A stretch of DNA of 34,371 nt from a virus. Under the pieces are notes generated by a model. The model was not told the origin of the DNA. It worked only from the letters and a program-made list of their open reading frames with translations, and did not search any database. The stretch is from IMG/VR virus record IMGVR_UViG_3300045988_078968; one strand, given 5' to 3'. How positions within the stretch are numbered: the stretch's first letter is position 1; every line of letters begins with the position of its first letter. The translations under genes were made by a program, and so were the position numbers. Below are positions 23,240-31,330 of the stretch, in pieces.

Positions 23240-24033
23240 TCAATCCGAACACCTATTACACCGTCCAGGCCTGGATGGTCAACGACCTTGGCCTGAAAGG
23301 AAACGAGCTGGCCCTGTATGCCATTATCTACGGCTTTTCCCAGGATGGGCGCAGCGAGTTCGTGGGCAGTATCTCCTACATACAGGAATGGCTGGGATGC
23401 AGCAGGAATACAGCAATTAAGACAATGGCCGGGCTGGTTGAAAAGGGCCTGGTCAAGAAGAAAATAGCGGCCAACGGAATCGACTGCAATGCATATAAGG
23501 CTCTTCCGAATTTCCCAGATGGTAGTGCAAAATCTGCACCAGGGTTAGTGCAAAATCTGACAGAGGGTAGTGCAAATTCTGCACTGGGGGTAGTGCAAAA
23601 TTTGACAGGAGGTAGTGCAAATTCTGCACCCAATAATAATATTTATAATAATACTAATAATTATACAGATAAAGAGAGTATAGGCGGCGCTGCTGCGCCT
23701 GCCTCCCCTCCCCAAAAAGGGAAAGCAGAAAAAAGTGAACCTGTCAAGCACCGGCACGGAGAGTACAAGAACGTGCTTTTGACCGACGAGGAGCTGGACA
23801 AGCTGAAAGAGCTTTTCCCTACTGACCTGCAAGAGCGCATCGAGCGGCTGAGCGAATACATAGCCAGCACCGGCAAGAAGTACAAAAGCCACTATGCCAC
23901 CATCCGGGCCTGGGCCAACCGGGACAGCAAACCCGCTGCCAGCCCCCAACCCCGTGGCGGGTATACCGGTCCCATAGGTCCTAACGGCGTCCACCTGGAC
24001 CCCACCAAGAACGACCTGGACGGGCTATTCTGA
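23236..24033 (+). CDS. Replication initiator / replisome organizer (N-terminal wHTH, DnaD-like C-terminus)
   Basis: N-terminus NELALYAIIYGFSQDG...SRNTAIKTMAGLVEKGLV and C-terminus KYKSHYATIRAWANRD. The iteron array lies in the linker. Confidence 0.7.
   Translation: MINPNTYYTVQAWMVNDLGLKGNELALYAIIYGFSQDGRSEFVGSISYIQEWLGCSRNTAIKTMAGLVEKGLVKKKIAANGIDCNAYKALPNFPDGSAKSAPGLVQNLTEGSANSALGVVQNLTGGSANSAPNNNIYNNTNNYTDKESIGGAAAPASPPQKGKAEKSEPVKHRHGEYKNVLLTDEELDKLKELFPTDLQERIERLSEYIASTGKKYKSHYATIRAWANRDSKPAASPQPRGGYTGPIGPNGVHLDPTKNDLDGLF
23521..23629. repeat. Five iterons (GGTAGTGCAAAWTCTG-like) at 22-23 bp spacing; candidate replication origin
   Basis: Copies start at 23521, 23544, 23566, 23589 and 23611, all within the initiator gene. 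Confidence 0.75.
23631..23670. other. A/T-rich tract next to the iterons (candidate DNA unwinding element)
   Basis: aataataatatttataataatactaataattatacagat, in an otherwise GC-rich gene. Confidence 0.5.
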
Positions 24034-24083
24034 GCGTTTCCTGTGAAACACTCGAAAAATTGTGAAACAGGAGTGATACCGAA

Positions 24084-25019
24084 ATGAGCGACAAGGAAAA
24101 TCAGGAGCTGCGGGACCTGCAGCGCAGGCTTCAGAAGCAGCACGGCATCCAGCAGCCGGAGCCGGAAATGCCCCGCCTGGGGGAAATCCTGATCGACATG
24201 GTGGCGGCCAACGCCGCCGCCAAGGCGGAGACCGAAACCGAATACCTGGCCGACGACGGCCTGCTGCACTGCAAGGTCTGCGGCGGCAAGCGGCAAACCA
24301 TCATCACCCCGCCCTTTGAGGGTGCCCTGCCCCGGACGGTTCGCTGCTGGTGCCAGTGCCCCACAGAGTACGACCGGCTGAAAGAGCAGGAAAAGCAGGT
24401 CCAGATTGAGCAGCGCCGGTCCGTCTGCTTCCGGGGCACCGAGGAGCTGACCCGCTGCACCTTTGACCAGGACGACGGTACCGGCCACCCGGAGCTGATC
24501 GCCGCAGCCAAGCGGTACGTGGAGCAATTCCCGGACCGTACCAAGGACGGCATGGGTCTGCTGTTCTATGGCCCGGTGGGCACCGGCAAGACCTTCCTGG
24601 CCGGGTGCATTGCAAATGCCGTCATTGCCCGGGGCTACAAGGTCAAGCTGGCCAACTTCTCCACCCTGGCGGACGAGATATGGAGCGCCCCGGACAAGGC
24701 GGCCTATATTGCCGACCTGGCCAGCTATCCGCTGCTGATCCTGGACGACCTGGGGGCGGAGCGGAAAACCGAATACATGATGGAAATGGTCTACAAGGTC
24801 ATAAATGCCCGCTATGTGGCGGGCTTGCCGGTGATCGTCACCACAAACCTGACCCCGGACGAGCTGACCAAGGCCGCCGACGTGACCGCCGCCCGGACCT
24901 ATGACCGACTGATTGAAAAATGCCTGCCCGTGAAGGTAGACGGCAAGAGCCGCCGCCGTGCCGCCGCTGCCGACACCTGGGGGGCCATGAGACGACAACT
25001 GGGATTGGAGGGAGCCTGA
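24084..25019 (+). CDS. DnaC/IstB-like AAA+ helicase loader
   Basis: Walker A GPVGTGKT and Walker B LLILDDLG, with an N-terminal Cys cluster. It lies directly after the initiator gene. Confidence 0.8.
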   Translation: MSDKENQELRDLQRRLQKQHGIQQPEPEMPRLGEILIDMVAANAAAKAETETEYLADDGLLHCKVCGGKRQTIITPPFEGALPRTVRCWCQCPTEYDRLKEQEKQVQIEQRRSVCFRGTEELTRCTFDQDDGTGHPELIAAAKRYVEQFPDRTKDGMGLLFYGPVGTGKTFLAGCIANAVIARGYKVKLANFSTLADEIWSAPDKAAYIADLASYPLLILDDLGAERKTEYMMEMVYKVINARYVAGLPVIVTTNLTPDELTKAADVTAARTYDRLIEKCLPVKVDGKSRRRAAAADTWGAMRRQLGLEGA

Positions 25020-25020
25020 T

Positions 25021-25410
25021 ATGGATGAAAAAGAAATCCGGGGCATTATCGACGCCAGCGTGAACGCTGCCGTGGAGAAGCTCCAGGCTCTGGGTATGCT
25101 GCGGGACAATAGCATGACCGCCTACGAAAAGACGGAAAAGCTCCTGCGGAAGTACCCGGACCTGAAAGCCGCCGGTACACCCTACGCCAACCGGGTGGCG
25201 GCGGAAATCGACCGCTGCCTGGACGACGCAGCCAGCGACCCCTATGTGGACGTTATTCGGCTGTACTATTTCCAGGGCTTGAAAAATTCGGCCTGCGCCC
25301 GGGCCATGAACTGCGGAGAACGTACCTGCCGCCGCTACCGTGTGGCCCTGGTACAGCAGTTCTCCGCCCGCCTGGCATCGGATGAGTTCATCCGTGAGCT
25401 GCTGCTGTAG
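25021..25410 (+). CDS. Sigma-70 region 4-like / ArpU-RinA-like transcription regulator
   Basis: 129 aa. The C-terminal segment DVIRLYYFQGLKNSACARAMNCGERTCRRYR resembles sigma region 4 HTH proteins of phages. Confidence 0.45.
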   Translation: MDEKEIRGIIDASVNAAVEKLQALGMLRDNSMTAYEKTEKLLRKYPDLKAAGTPYANRVAAEIDRCLDDAASDPYVDVIRLYYFQGLKNSACARAMNCGERTCRRYRVALVQQFSARLASDEFIRELLL

Positions 25411-25420
25411 GAGGAGGGCC

Positions 25421-25765
25421 ATGAAAGCGTGGAAAGTTCGGGACCCAAATGAATGGTGTGCGACAATTGTCTTTGCTGAGACTGCTGGAAAGGCCAGAGC
25501 CCTTGCAATGCACACGGAGACCTGCGAGGACCTGAATTTTACAGACATTCAGGTTCTCCGTGAGAAAGCGGCGGATAAGTATTACACTCCGGGGAAGCTG
25601 GAAATGGACTGGTACAATGCTGCGGACCGTGTGGCCATGGTAAAGGATTTAGGTTTTTCCTGCGACCCTTATGCGTTGACGGACTATGTTTTTTGTGACC
25701 AGTGCCCTGCAAAAGAATGGTGCGGGGAATATCAGAATCATGTGTCCGAGGAGGTGCCGCTATGA
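25421..25765 (+). CDS. Hypothetical protein (114 aa)
   Basis: AGGAGGAGGG precedes ATG 25421. Confidence 0.55.
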   Translation: MKAWKVRDPNEWCATIVFAETAGKARALAMHTETCEDLNFTDIQVLREKAADKYYTPGKLEMDWYNAADRVAMVKDLGFSCDPYALTDYVFCDQCPAKEWCGEYQNHVSEEVPL

Positions 25766-26052
25766 TTTACCTACAGGCCCAAATGGAGGGAATGCAGGAA
25801 GAAGCACCGGAAACTGAACCGAAAAAGCCGGAACCCTTTGGGGGCGGGATTCCATTCCCCGGAAAGAACGTGAGCGCCGGACAGGCGGTGGGAATCGTGA
25901 AATGGCGAATGGACGACCCGACAGTGCCCATCTGGGCAAAGGTCAGGGCCATTGAAAAAGTAGCTGGCTTTCCAACGCTGAACGGGATCACCAAGGACGA
26001 GCTGCAGAAATGCCTGCAATGGCTATTCCATTATTTTGATTTTGACATTTAG
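25762..26052 (+). CDS. Hypothetical protein (96 aa)
   Basis: ATGA overlap with the upstream stop. Confidence 0.5.
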   Translation: MIYLQAQMEGMQEEAPETEPKKPEPFGGGIPFPGKNVSAGQAVGIVKWRMDDPTVPIWAKVRAIEKVAGFPTLNGITKDELQKCLQWLFHYFDFDI

Positions 26053-26061
26053 GAGGTACGC

Positions 26062-26328
26062 ATGGAAATCAATGTTTGCGGAGAATATCGGCCCTGCCTG
26101 GTGGCGGGCAGGAAAGCACTTTTCCACCGGTGGGCTGACCGGGCAGAGCTGAGAGGGCCCTCTGCTTTGGGAACCCCTGGCGGGCAGCTGTGCCTGCTTT
26201 TAGGCGTTGTGGAGTATGAGGACGGCCAAGTGTCCGAAGTGTACCCCGACAAAATCCGCTTCCTGGACAACAAGCTGGCGGGATACGATTTCACGGAAAA
26301 GGAGGGGGCCGGGAATGCGGCTGATTGA
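26062..26328 (+). CDS. Hypothetical protein (88 aa)
   Basis: AGGAGG precedes ATG 26062. Confidence 0.5.
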   Translation: MEINVCGEYRPCLVAGRKALFHRWADRAELRGPSALGTPGGQLCLLLGVVEYEDGQVSEVYPDKIRFLDNKLAGYDFTEKEGAGNAAD

Positions 26329-26680
26329 TGCGGATGATTTTAGGAGCTGGCTGGTGAAGGCCGGGCGGTTCTTGAAATGTCAGGACGATAAAAGAACCGC
26401 TGCCCATGCCATTGGGAAAATCATTGAGCACTTGGACAAAATGCCTACCAAAGAGGCGGAGCCGGTGGTACATGCCTACTGGGAGAAATCCGAATACAGG
26501 GGTTTTGTTCGCTGTTCTGCCTGCAAAGATGCCTACATAGACGAGGACTGGTTGACCTCCGGGAAATGGAGCGGCTGCCCGAACTGCCGGGCAGAGATGG
26601 ACCTGGCACCACCGGAAGGAGGCCAGCACGATGCGGGCGACCCAATCCCCCAGGAAAAGAGGTGGCTTGAAACGAGATGA
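26315..26680 (+). CDS. Hypothetical protein with C-terminal zinc ribbon (121 aa)
   Basis: ATG 26315 after GGAGGGGG. Cys pairs are CSAC...CPNC. Confidence 0.5.
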   Translation: MRLIDADDFRSWLVKAGRFLKCQDDKRTAAHAIGKIIEHLDKMPTKEAEPVVHAYWEKSEYRGFVRCSACKDAYIDEDWLTSGKWSGCPNCRAEMDLAPPEGGQHDAGDPIPQEKRWLETR

Positions 26681-26826
26681 AAAAAGCCATTTTAATTCTT
26701 GCACTGGTGCTGCTTGGTGTGGCGGTCCTTGCTCTGGGTTGTGTCTACCGGCTGCACCTGATCCGGCTGGTCATGCGCACCAACCTGCCCGGGTGGCTGA
26801 AAATGTTCCTGTATGGGTGGTACTGA
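26677..26826 (+). CDS. 49-aa membrane peptide
   Basis: ATGA overlap with the upstream stop. Sequence MKKAILILALVLLGVAVLALGCVY... Confidence 0.4.
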   Translation: MKKAILILALVLLGVAVLALGCVYRLHLIRLVMRTNLPGWLKMFLYGWY

Positions 26827-27050
26827 TGGAGACCAAAATGGACCGGCTCCATGAGGAGCTGCGGGAAGTCCGGCAGGACCTGGCCGACGCCGTGGACGAC
26901 GTGGAACGCCTGCTGTGGCTTTCCGGCCTCTGCCAATACTGCGCCAAGGGCAAAGGCAAAGGAAACAGAAGACTTGACAACCCCTGCAAAATATGCGAAC
27001 CCCAGTGGCGGGGACCGAAGAAAAGGAGGAAACCTCTATGGAACGATTGA
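26826..27050 (+). CDS. Hypothetical protein (74 aa), basic tail
   Basis: The start overlaps the previous stop (TGATG). It has a coiled-coil N-terminus and CQYC...CKIC. Confidence 0.45.
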   Translation: METKMDRLHEELREVRQDLADAVDDVERLLWLSGLCQYCAKGKGKGNRRLDNPCKICEPQWRGPKKRRKPLWND

Positions 27051-27232
27051 CCGAACGCACCCAGAGCGCCGTGCTCTACATGGGCAGGCACACGAAGCTG
27101 CCCGGCATCGACTGCGCCGGAACCATGAAGGTGGCGGCGGTCCGGGAGTGCATGGAGCGCCTGGCCGCCTACGAGGACACGGGCCTGACCCCGGAAGAAA
27201 TCAACCAGCGCCTGCAGCAGGCAAGCGCTTGA
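27038..27232 (+). CDS. Hypothetical protein (64 aa)
   Basis: AAAGGAGG precedes ATG 27038. Confidence 0.5.
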   Translation: MERLTERTQSAVLYMGRHTKLPGIDCAGTMKVAAVRECMERLAAYEDTGLTPEEINQRLQQASA

Positions 27233-27250
27233 ATACAGGAGGAGATCACC

Positions 27251-27565
27251 ATGGAATTCATCAAGCACATTCTGCGCAAAATTCACGCCAAGAAAACCGG
27301 CATCTGCTGCGGCACCTGTGCCCACCAGGATATGCTGGGCTGCTGCGACCGCTCCAAAGAGGAATATATGGCCTGCTGGCACAGCGTCACCCGGCCCGGC
27401 TGGAAAGCAAAAAAGGCAGCGGGGGACCTGACCCGGGAGGAACAGCACGAACTTGAAAAAATCGTTTCCGCCCTGTGCGAGGCCGAAGAGACCGCCAGAG
27501 ACGGCGGCCTGCTGGGCAGCGACTTTGACGACAAGCCCACCAGCGGGCTGATTGAGGAGGATTGA
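27251..27565 (+). CDS. Hypothetical Cys-rich protein (104 aa)
   Basis: AGGAGG precedes ATG 27251. Confidence 0.5.
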   Translation: MEFIKHILRKIHAKKTGICCGTCAHQDMLGCCDRSKEEYMACWHSVTRPGWKAKKAAGDLTREEQHELEKIVSALCEAEETARDGGLLGSDFDDKPTSGLIEED

Positions 27566-27568
27566 GCC

Positions 27569-27700
27569 ATGGACATTCTGATTTTTGCGCTTTGTATGCT
27601 GGCTGTCACAGGCCCCGCCGTTTTCCTTCTGGTCCGCTATATTCAGGCCCTGGACGCCAAGTGGCAGGAACTGACGGACGACGCTGAGAGCGAGAAATAG
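27569..27700 (+). CDS. 43-aa membrane peptide
   Basis: GAGGAGG 8 nt upstream of the start. Sequence MDILIFALCMLAVTGPAVFLLV... Confidence 0.4.
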   Translation: MDILIFALCMLAVTGPAVFLLVRYIQALDAKWQELTDDAESEK

Positions 27701-27709
27701 GAGGCTGCT

Positions 27710-27940
27710 ATGAAAGTAAATGTCTATCTGAGAACAACCGCCATGCCATACATTGGGAAACCGCTGAATTCCCCGGTAGGCCTGGCTTTCCTCCTGGGGG
27801 AGACGGAACAAGAAATCGACTATGACGAGCTTGTGGCGGCCCTGAACCTGAACGCCTTGGCCGATTCCCTGAAAGTACCCCGTGGGAGCCTGACCATAAT
27901 CACACCGGAAGAATACGCCGCCGAATATGGGGAGGACTGA
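27710..27940 (+). CDS. Hypothetical protein (76 aa)
   Basis: AGGAGG precedes ATG 27710. Confidence 0.5.
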   Translation: MKVNVYLRTTAMPYIGKPLNSPVGLAFLLGETEQEIDYDELVAALNLNALADSLKVPRGSLTIITPEEYAAEYGED

Positions 27941-27943
27941 GCT

Positions 27944-28156
27944 ATGCCGAAAGCCAAGCAGGAGAAAGAGGTTCCCAATGTGTGCGTGTGTGGAAAGCTG
28001 CCTATAACCGTGAAATGCCGGAATGGCTTTATGCTGGCCTGCCCGGACACGAAGCGCTGCACGGTTCGCTCCCGGTGGATGCGGCCCGAGCAGGCAGCCA
28101 TACACGACTGGAACGCCGCCGTGCTGGCGGCAAGGCGTGAAAGGAAATCGTCATGA
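27944..28156 (+). CDS. Lar-like restriction alleviation protein candidate
   Basis: 70 aa with Cys pairs (CVCG...C...C) and C-terminal AAIHDWNAAV, resembling the Lar family pattern (eAi..WN). Confidence 0.4.
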   Translation: MPKAKQEKEVPNVCVCGKLPITVKCRNGFMLACPDTKRCTVRSRWMRPEQAAIHDWNAAVLAARRERKSS

Positions 28157-28320
28157 GCAATTGCCGAAAATACGGGCAAAAGAAGCCCTACATACCCAAC
28201 AAGCGCAGAGACCTGCGGTATATCAAGACCAAGACCCGGAACCGGGAGCGGGCTATGCCCAACCTGGTGGCGGTCCAAGAAAAGGAGGCGGCAGCCAATG
28301 GCCAGAGACCCGAGAAATGA
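28153..28320 (+). CDS. Hypothetical basic protein (55 aa)
   Basis: ATGA overlap with the upstream stop; Arg/Lys-rich. Confidence 0.4.
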   Translation: MSNCRKYGQKKPYIPNKRRDLRYIKTKTRNRERAMPNLVAVQEKEAAANGQRPEK

Positions 28321-28543
28321 GGCCGCCTGCAATGTGCTGGCCGTGGCCATCAGCAGAATCAAGCGCCGGGGCGGCGTTACCCTCCGGGATGCAAAGCCCC
28401 TGATTGCCGCCTATGCTTCCCTGCTGCAAGAACCGGAGCCATGCCCGGATGACTGCATCCACGCCAAGCTCCAGAATTACCGCAAATGCAATTCCTGCGC
28501 CCGGCATTACCGGAAAGCGCCGGACAACTACGAAATGGGGTGA
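28298..28543 (+). CDS. Hypothetical protein (81 aa)
   Basis: ORF preceded by AAGGAGG (28281-28287); it overlaps the previous ORF by 23 nt. Confidence 0.45.
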   Translation: MARDPRNEAACNVLAVAISRIKRRGGVTLRDAKPLIAAYASLLQEPEPCPDDCIHAKLQNYRKCNSCARHYRKAPDNYEMG

Positions 28544-28547
28544 AGGT

Positions 28548-28973
28548 ATGGACAAGCTGACCATGGATGCAATTGCCGCCCAAAAGGCAGGCATGAGCTA
28601 CGGGAAATATAAGGCCGCCCATCCGGGCACCTACCTGACCAGCGTGGAGGTAGAGCCGCCGAAGCCTCCAAAACCGGAGCCCGTGCGCCGGTCCTGCGCC
28701 CGCTGCGGGAAAATGTTTGAAGTCGATGCCCATAAGCGGCAGCGGTACTGCTCCATAGAATGCGCCGATGCCACCGCCAAAGAGCGAGATGCAGAGCTGC
28801 ACCGCAAACAGCGGGAAGCAACCAGGGAGAGAACCAAGAGGGTATGCCCCATCTGCGGGAAGGAATTCACCCCGAGCAGGCTGCACCGGACGCTGTGCAG
28901 CCAGGAATGCGCAAAAGAAAGCTCACGCCGTTCCTCCGCCAGGGCACAGTTAAAATTCAAGAACAGCCTATAA
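28548..28973 (+). CDS. Hypothetical protein with two zinc-ribbon-like repeats (141 aa)
   Basis: The repeated pattern C-x2-C...YCS-x-EC occurs as CARCGK...YCSIEC and CPICGK...LCSQEC. Confidence 0.5.
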   Translation: MDKLTMDAIAAQKAGMSYGKYKAAHPGTYLTSVEVEPPKPPKPEPVRRSCARCGKMFEVDAHKRQRYCSIECADATAKERDAELHRKQREATRERTKRVCPICGKEFTPSRLHRTLCSQECAKESSRRSSARAQLKFKNSL

Positions 28974-28979
28974 CACCCG

Positions 28980-29018
28980 ACAGGCCGGACGCCATGAGCG
29001 CCCGGCCTGTTTATTTTA
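28980..29018 (+). terminator. Rho-independent terminator ending the early operon
   Basis: acaggccgg (28980-28988) pairs with ccggcctgt (29002-29010) and is followed by ttattttat. Confidence 0.7.
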
Positions 29019-29045
29019 TACAATCCCCTTGCTGGGATCCTGCTT

Positions 29046-29062
29046 TCATCAGCAGCTGATGA
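29046..29062. promoter_or_regulatory. 17-bp palindrome TCATCAGCAGCTGATGA (copy 2 of 2)
   Basis: Matches 15311-15327 at 16 of 17 positions. It lies between the early terminator and the methyltransferase gene. Confidence 0.6.
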
Positions 29063-29150
29063 TTGCGCAGCTTGTACATATTGGCCAGTATAGTGGCGGG
29101 ACGGCACGGGCCTGGGCATGGTGCAATAGAGGCAGAGAGGGGGAAAGCCT

Positions 29151-29894
29151 ATGGAACTATTACAAGGGGACTGCATGGAGCTGCTGCCAGAAATCCCGGA
29201 GAAATCCGTGGATATGGTGCTTTGTGACCTACCCTATGGCACCACGGACTGCAAATGGGACCATGTTCTGCCTATGGAAACCTTGTGGCGGGAGTACCGC
29301 CGCATTCTCAAGCCCAACGGGGCGGCGGCGCTTTTCGCTGCCCAGCCATTCACAACGGCCTTGATTGGCAGCAATCGGAAGGAATTCCGATACTGCTGGT
29401 ATTGGAAAAAGAACTATAAGACCGGCGCACCCTTTGCCCGGGTGCAGCCTATGCGCTGCATTGAGGATATTTGCGTATTCTACCGGAAAAAGCCGACCTA
29501 CAACCCGCAGGGGCTGGTGAAGCTGGATAAGCCAATATACAAAGCGCCCGATCCAACCAGCATTTACCAGATGCGAGGCAATGGCAGCATTCAGCTGTAC
29601 ACGAACTACCCGCACCACCTGCTGGAATTTGACGGCGTGGCAATGGGGCCGAACCGAAAGCATCCGACACAGAAGCCCGTGCCCCTGCTGGAATACCTGG
29701 TTAAGACGTACACCAACCCAGGGGACACCGTTCTGGACAACTGCATGGGTAGCGGCAGCACCGGCGTGGCCTGCATCCGCACAGGCCGCCGCTTTATCGG
29801 CATGGAGAAAGACCCACAATTTTTCCAGGTGGCACAGAAACGCCTGAAAGAGGAATCCGACAAGGACAACCTTGTGGCGGGCCAAACTGAATAG
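29151..29894 (+). CDS. Orphan DNA methyltransferase (N6-adenine/N4-cytosine type, beta-class motif order)
   Basis: Motif IV-like CDLPYG near the N-terminus and motif I-like VLDNCMGSGSTG near the C-terminus. No nuclease gene is adjacent. Confidence 0.85.
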   Translation: MELLQGDCMELLPEIPEKSVDMVLCDLPYGTTDCKWDHVLPMETLWREYRRILKPNGAAALFAAQPFTTALIGSNRKEFRYCWYWKKNYKTGAPFARVQPMRCIEDICVFYRKKPTYNPQGLVKLDKPIYKAPDPTSIYQMRGNGSIQLYTNYPHHLLEFDGVAMGPNRKHPTQKPVPLLEYLVKTYTNPGDTVLDNCMGSGSTGVACIRTGRRFIGMEKDPQFFQVAQKRLKEESDKDNLVAGQTE

Positions 29895-30026
29895 CCTAGG
29901 GCGCCACAGCTTGCCCGCTGTGGCACTAAATATTGGCCGGGTATGTGTCTTCCCGGCAACATGAAACGGCGATAAATTAAAGGCACAAAGGCCAAACACG
30001 ACCAAACAAAAAGGAGGTGGCACACA

Positions 30027-30494
30027 ATGGCACGACCTGGACAGGCTGACGTATACGAAACCAACGTGGAGCCGCACCTTGCCGACATCAGCGAATGGTA
30101 CCAAACCATGACGCTGCAGCAGATAGCCCAGAAGCTTGGCATCAACAAGTCTACCCTCTGCCGGTACCGCAATCAGCACCCAGAGCTTGACAAGGCTCTG
30201 ACCGTTGGCCGCACGAAGCTGGTGGAGGAGCTGCGTTCCGCACTCAAAAGGCGGGCGCTTGGCTATGACTGGATAGAGGTCAAGCAGGAAAAGGCGATTG
30301 ACGAGGACACCGGCCTGCTGGTGGTAGTCAAAGAAACATCCACCACCAAGCACGTTCCGCCAGACCTGGGCAGCGCCCACGTACTGCTCAAGAACCTGGA
30401 CCCGAACTGGCACGACGCCGATATGATTACCATCAAGCAGCGCAACCAGGAGCTGAAAATCAAGCAGCAAAAAGCGGATTCCGCTGAATGGTAG
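30027..30494 (+). CDS. HTH protein resembling small terminase subunits (or a late regulator)
   Basis: AAAGGAGG precedes ATG 30027. It has the HTH MTLQQIAQKLGINKSTLCRY and a C-terminal PPDLGSAHVLLKNLDPNWHD pattern seen in some Firmicutes phage TerS proteins. Confidence 0.4.
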   Translation: MARPGQADVYETNVEPHLADISEWYQTMTLQQIAQKLGINKSTLCRYRNQHPELDKALTVGRTKLVEELRSALKRRALGYDWIEVKQEKAIDEDTGLLVVVKETSTTKHVPPDLGSAHVLLKNLDPNWHDADMITIKQRNQELKIKQQKADSAEW

Positions 30495-31235
30495 GTGCTG
30501 CCTATGCTGAGTGATTTCTACAAGTCCAAGGAATGGACGGATTTCCGGGCGCTGCTGATGCTGCAGCGTGTGAACGAGCGGGGCGAGATCATCTGTGCCC
30601 ATTGCGGCAGGCCCATCGTCAAGCGGTATGACTGCATCGGCCATCACCTGGTGGAGCTGACCGAGACCAATTACCGGGATGTGACCATATCCCTGAACCC
30701 GGACAACGTTGTGCTGGTGCATCACCGCTGCCACAACGAGATACACGAAAAGACCGGCTACAAAACCAAGAAGGTGTTTGTAGTCTGGGGCGCTCCACTA
30801 TCAGGGAAAAGCACATACGTTTCCGGGGTGGCCAAGTACGGCGACCTGATTGTGGACATAGACAACCTGTGGCAGGCGGTGAGCGGGCGGCCCAGATATG
30901 AGAAGCCCAACCGCATTAAGCAGAATGTCTTTGCTCTCCACAACCAACTGCTGACCCAGGTTGCCCAGCGCACTGGCTTCTGGCATTGTGCCTATATCAT
31001 CGGCGGCTATGCGCTTCCATCTGAGCGGGAGCAACTGGCCAGACGGCTGGGGGCTGAGTGCATATACATTGACAGCACAAGGGATGAGTGCATGGCCAGG
31101 CTTGCCATGTGCAACGACGGCAGGAAGAAAGCGGAGTGGGAAAAATATATTTCCGATTGGTGGGAAACCCACGAAAGATTCTCACCCGGGTGCCCCCCCG
31201 GCCCCGCTCAAAATTCGGCGGCGGGTGGACTGTAA
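30495..31235 (+). CDS. HNH endonuclease fused to a P-loop kinase-like domain
   Basis: The N-terminus has CAHCG...HH...HHRCHNEIH (HNH). The C-terminal half has Walker A GAPLSGKST and a layout resembling polynucleotide kinase-type NTPases. The start is GTG 30495 or ATG 30504. Confidence 0.7.
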   Translation: MLPMLSDFYKSKEWTDFRALLMLQRVNERGEIICAHCGRPIVKRYDCIGHHLVELTETNYRDVTISLNPDNVVLVHHRCHNEIHEKTGYKTKKVFVVWGAPLSGKSTYVSGVAKYGDLIVDIDNLWQAVSGRPRYEKPNRIKQNVFALHNQLLTQVAQRTGFWHCAYIIGGYALPSEREQLARRLGAECIYIDSTRDECMARLAMCNDGRKKAEWEKYISDWWETHERFSPGCPPGPAQNSAAGGL

Positions 31236-31330
31236 GGTAGGGCCTCTTTTCGTGCGAAAATCGAAAAATGAGATTTTCAAAAAAGCTCCCGGGGCCAAAA
31301 ATCAGCAAAAGCGAGGAAAGGCGGCGAAAA

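Noticed and set aside
23521-23629. Regularly spaced repeats that could be mistaken for a CRISPR array
   Set aside because: The period is only 22-23 bp with almost no spacer. The repeats lie in frame inside a coding gene next to an A/T-rich tract, and no cas genes are present. They are interpreted as origin iterons.
24036-24069. Direct repeat TGTGAAACA x2 (24042 and 24061) with a small hairpin upstream of the DnaC-like gene
   Set aside because: It is short and could arise by chance. No matching motif was seen elsewhere, so it is noted only as a possible minor regulatory site.
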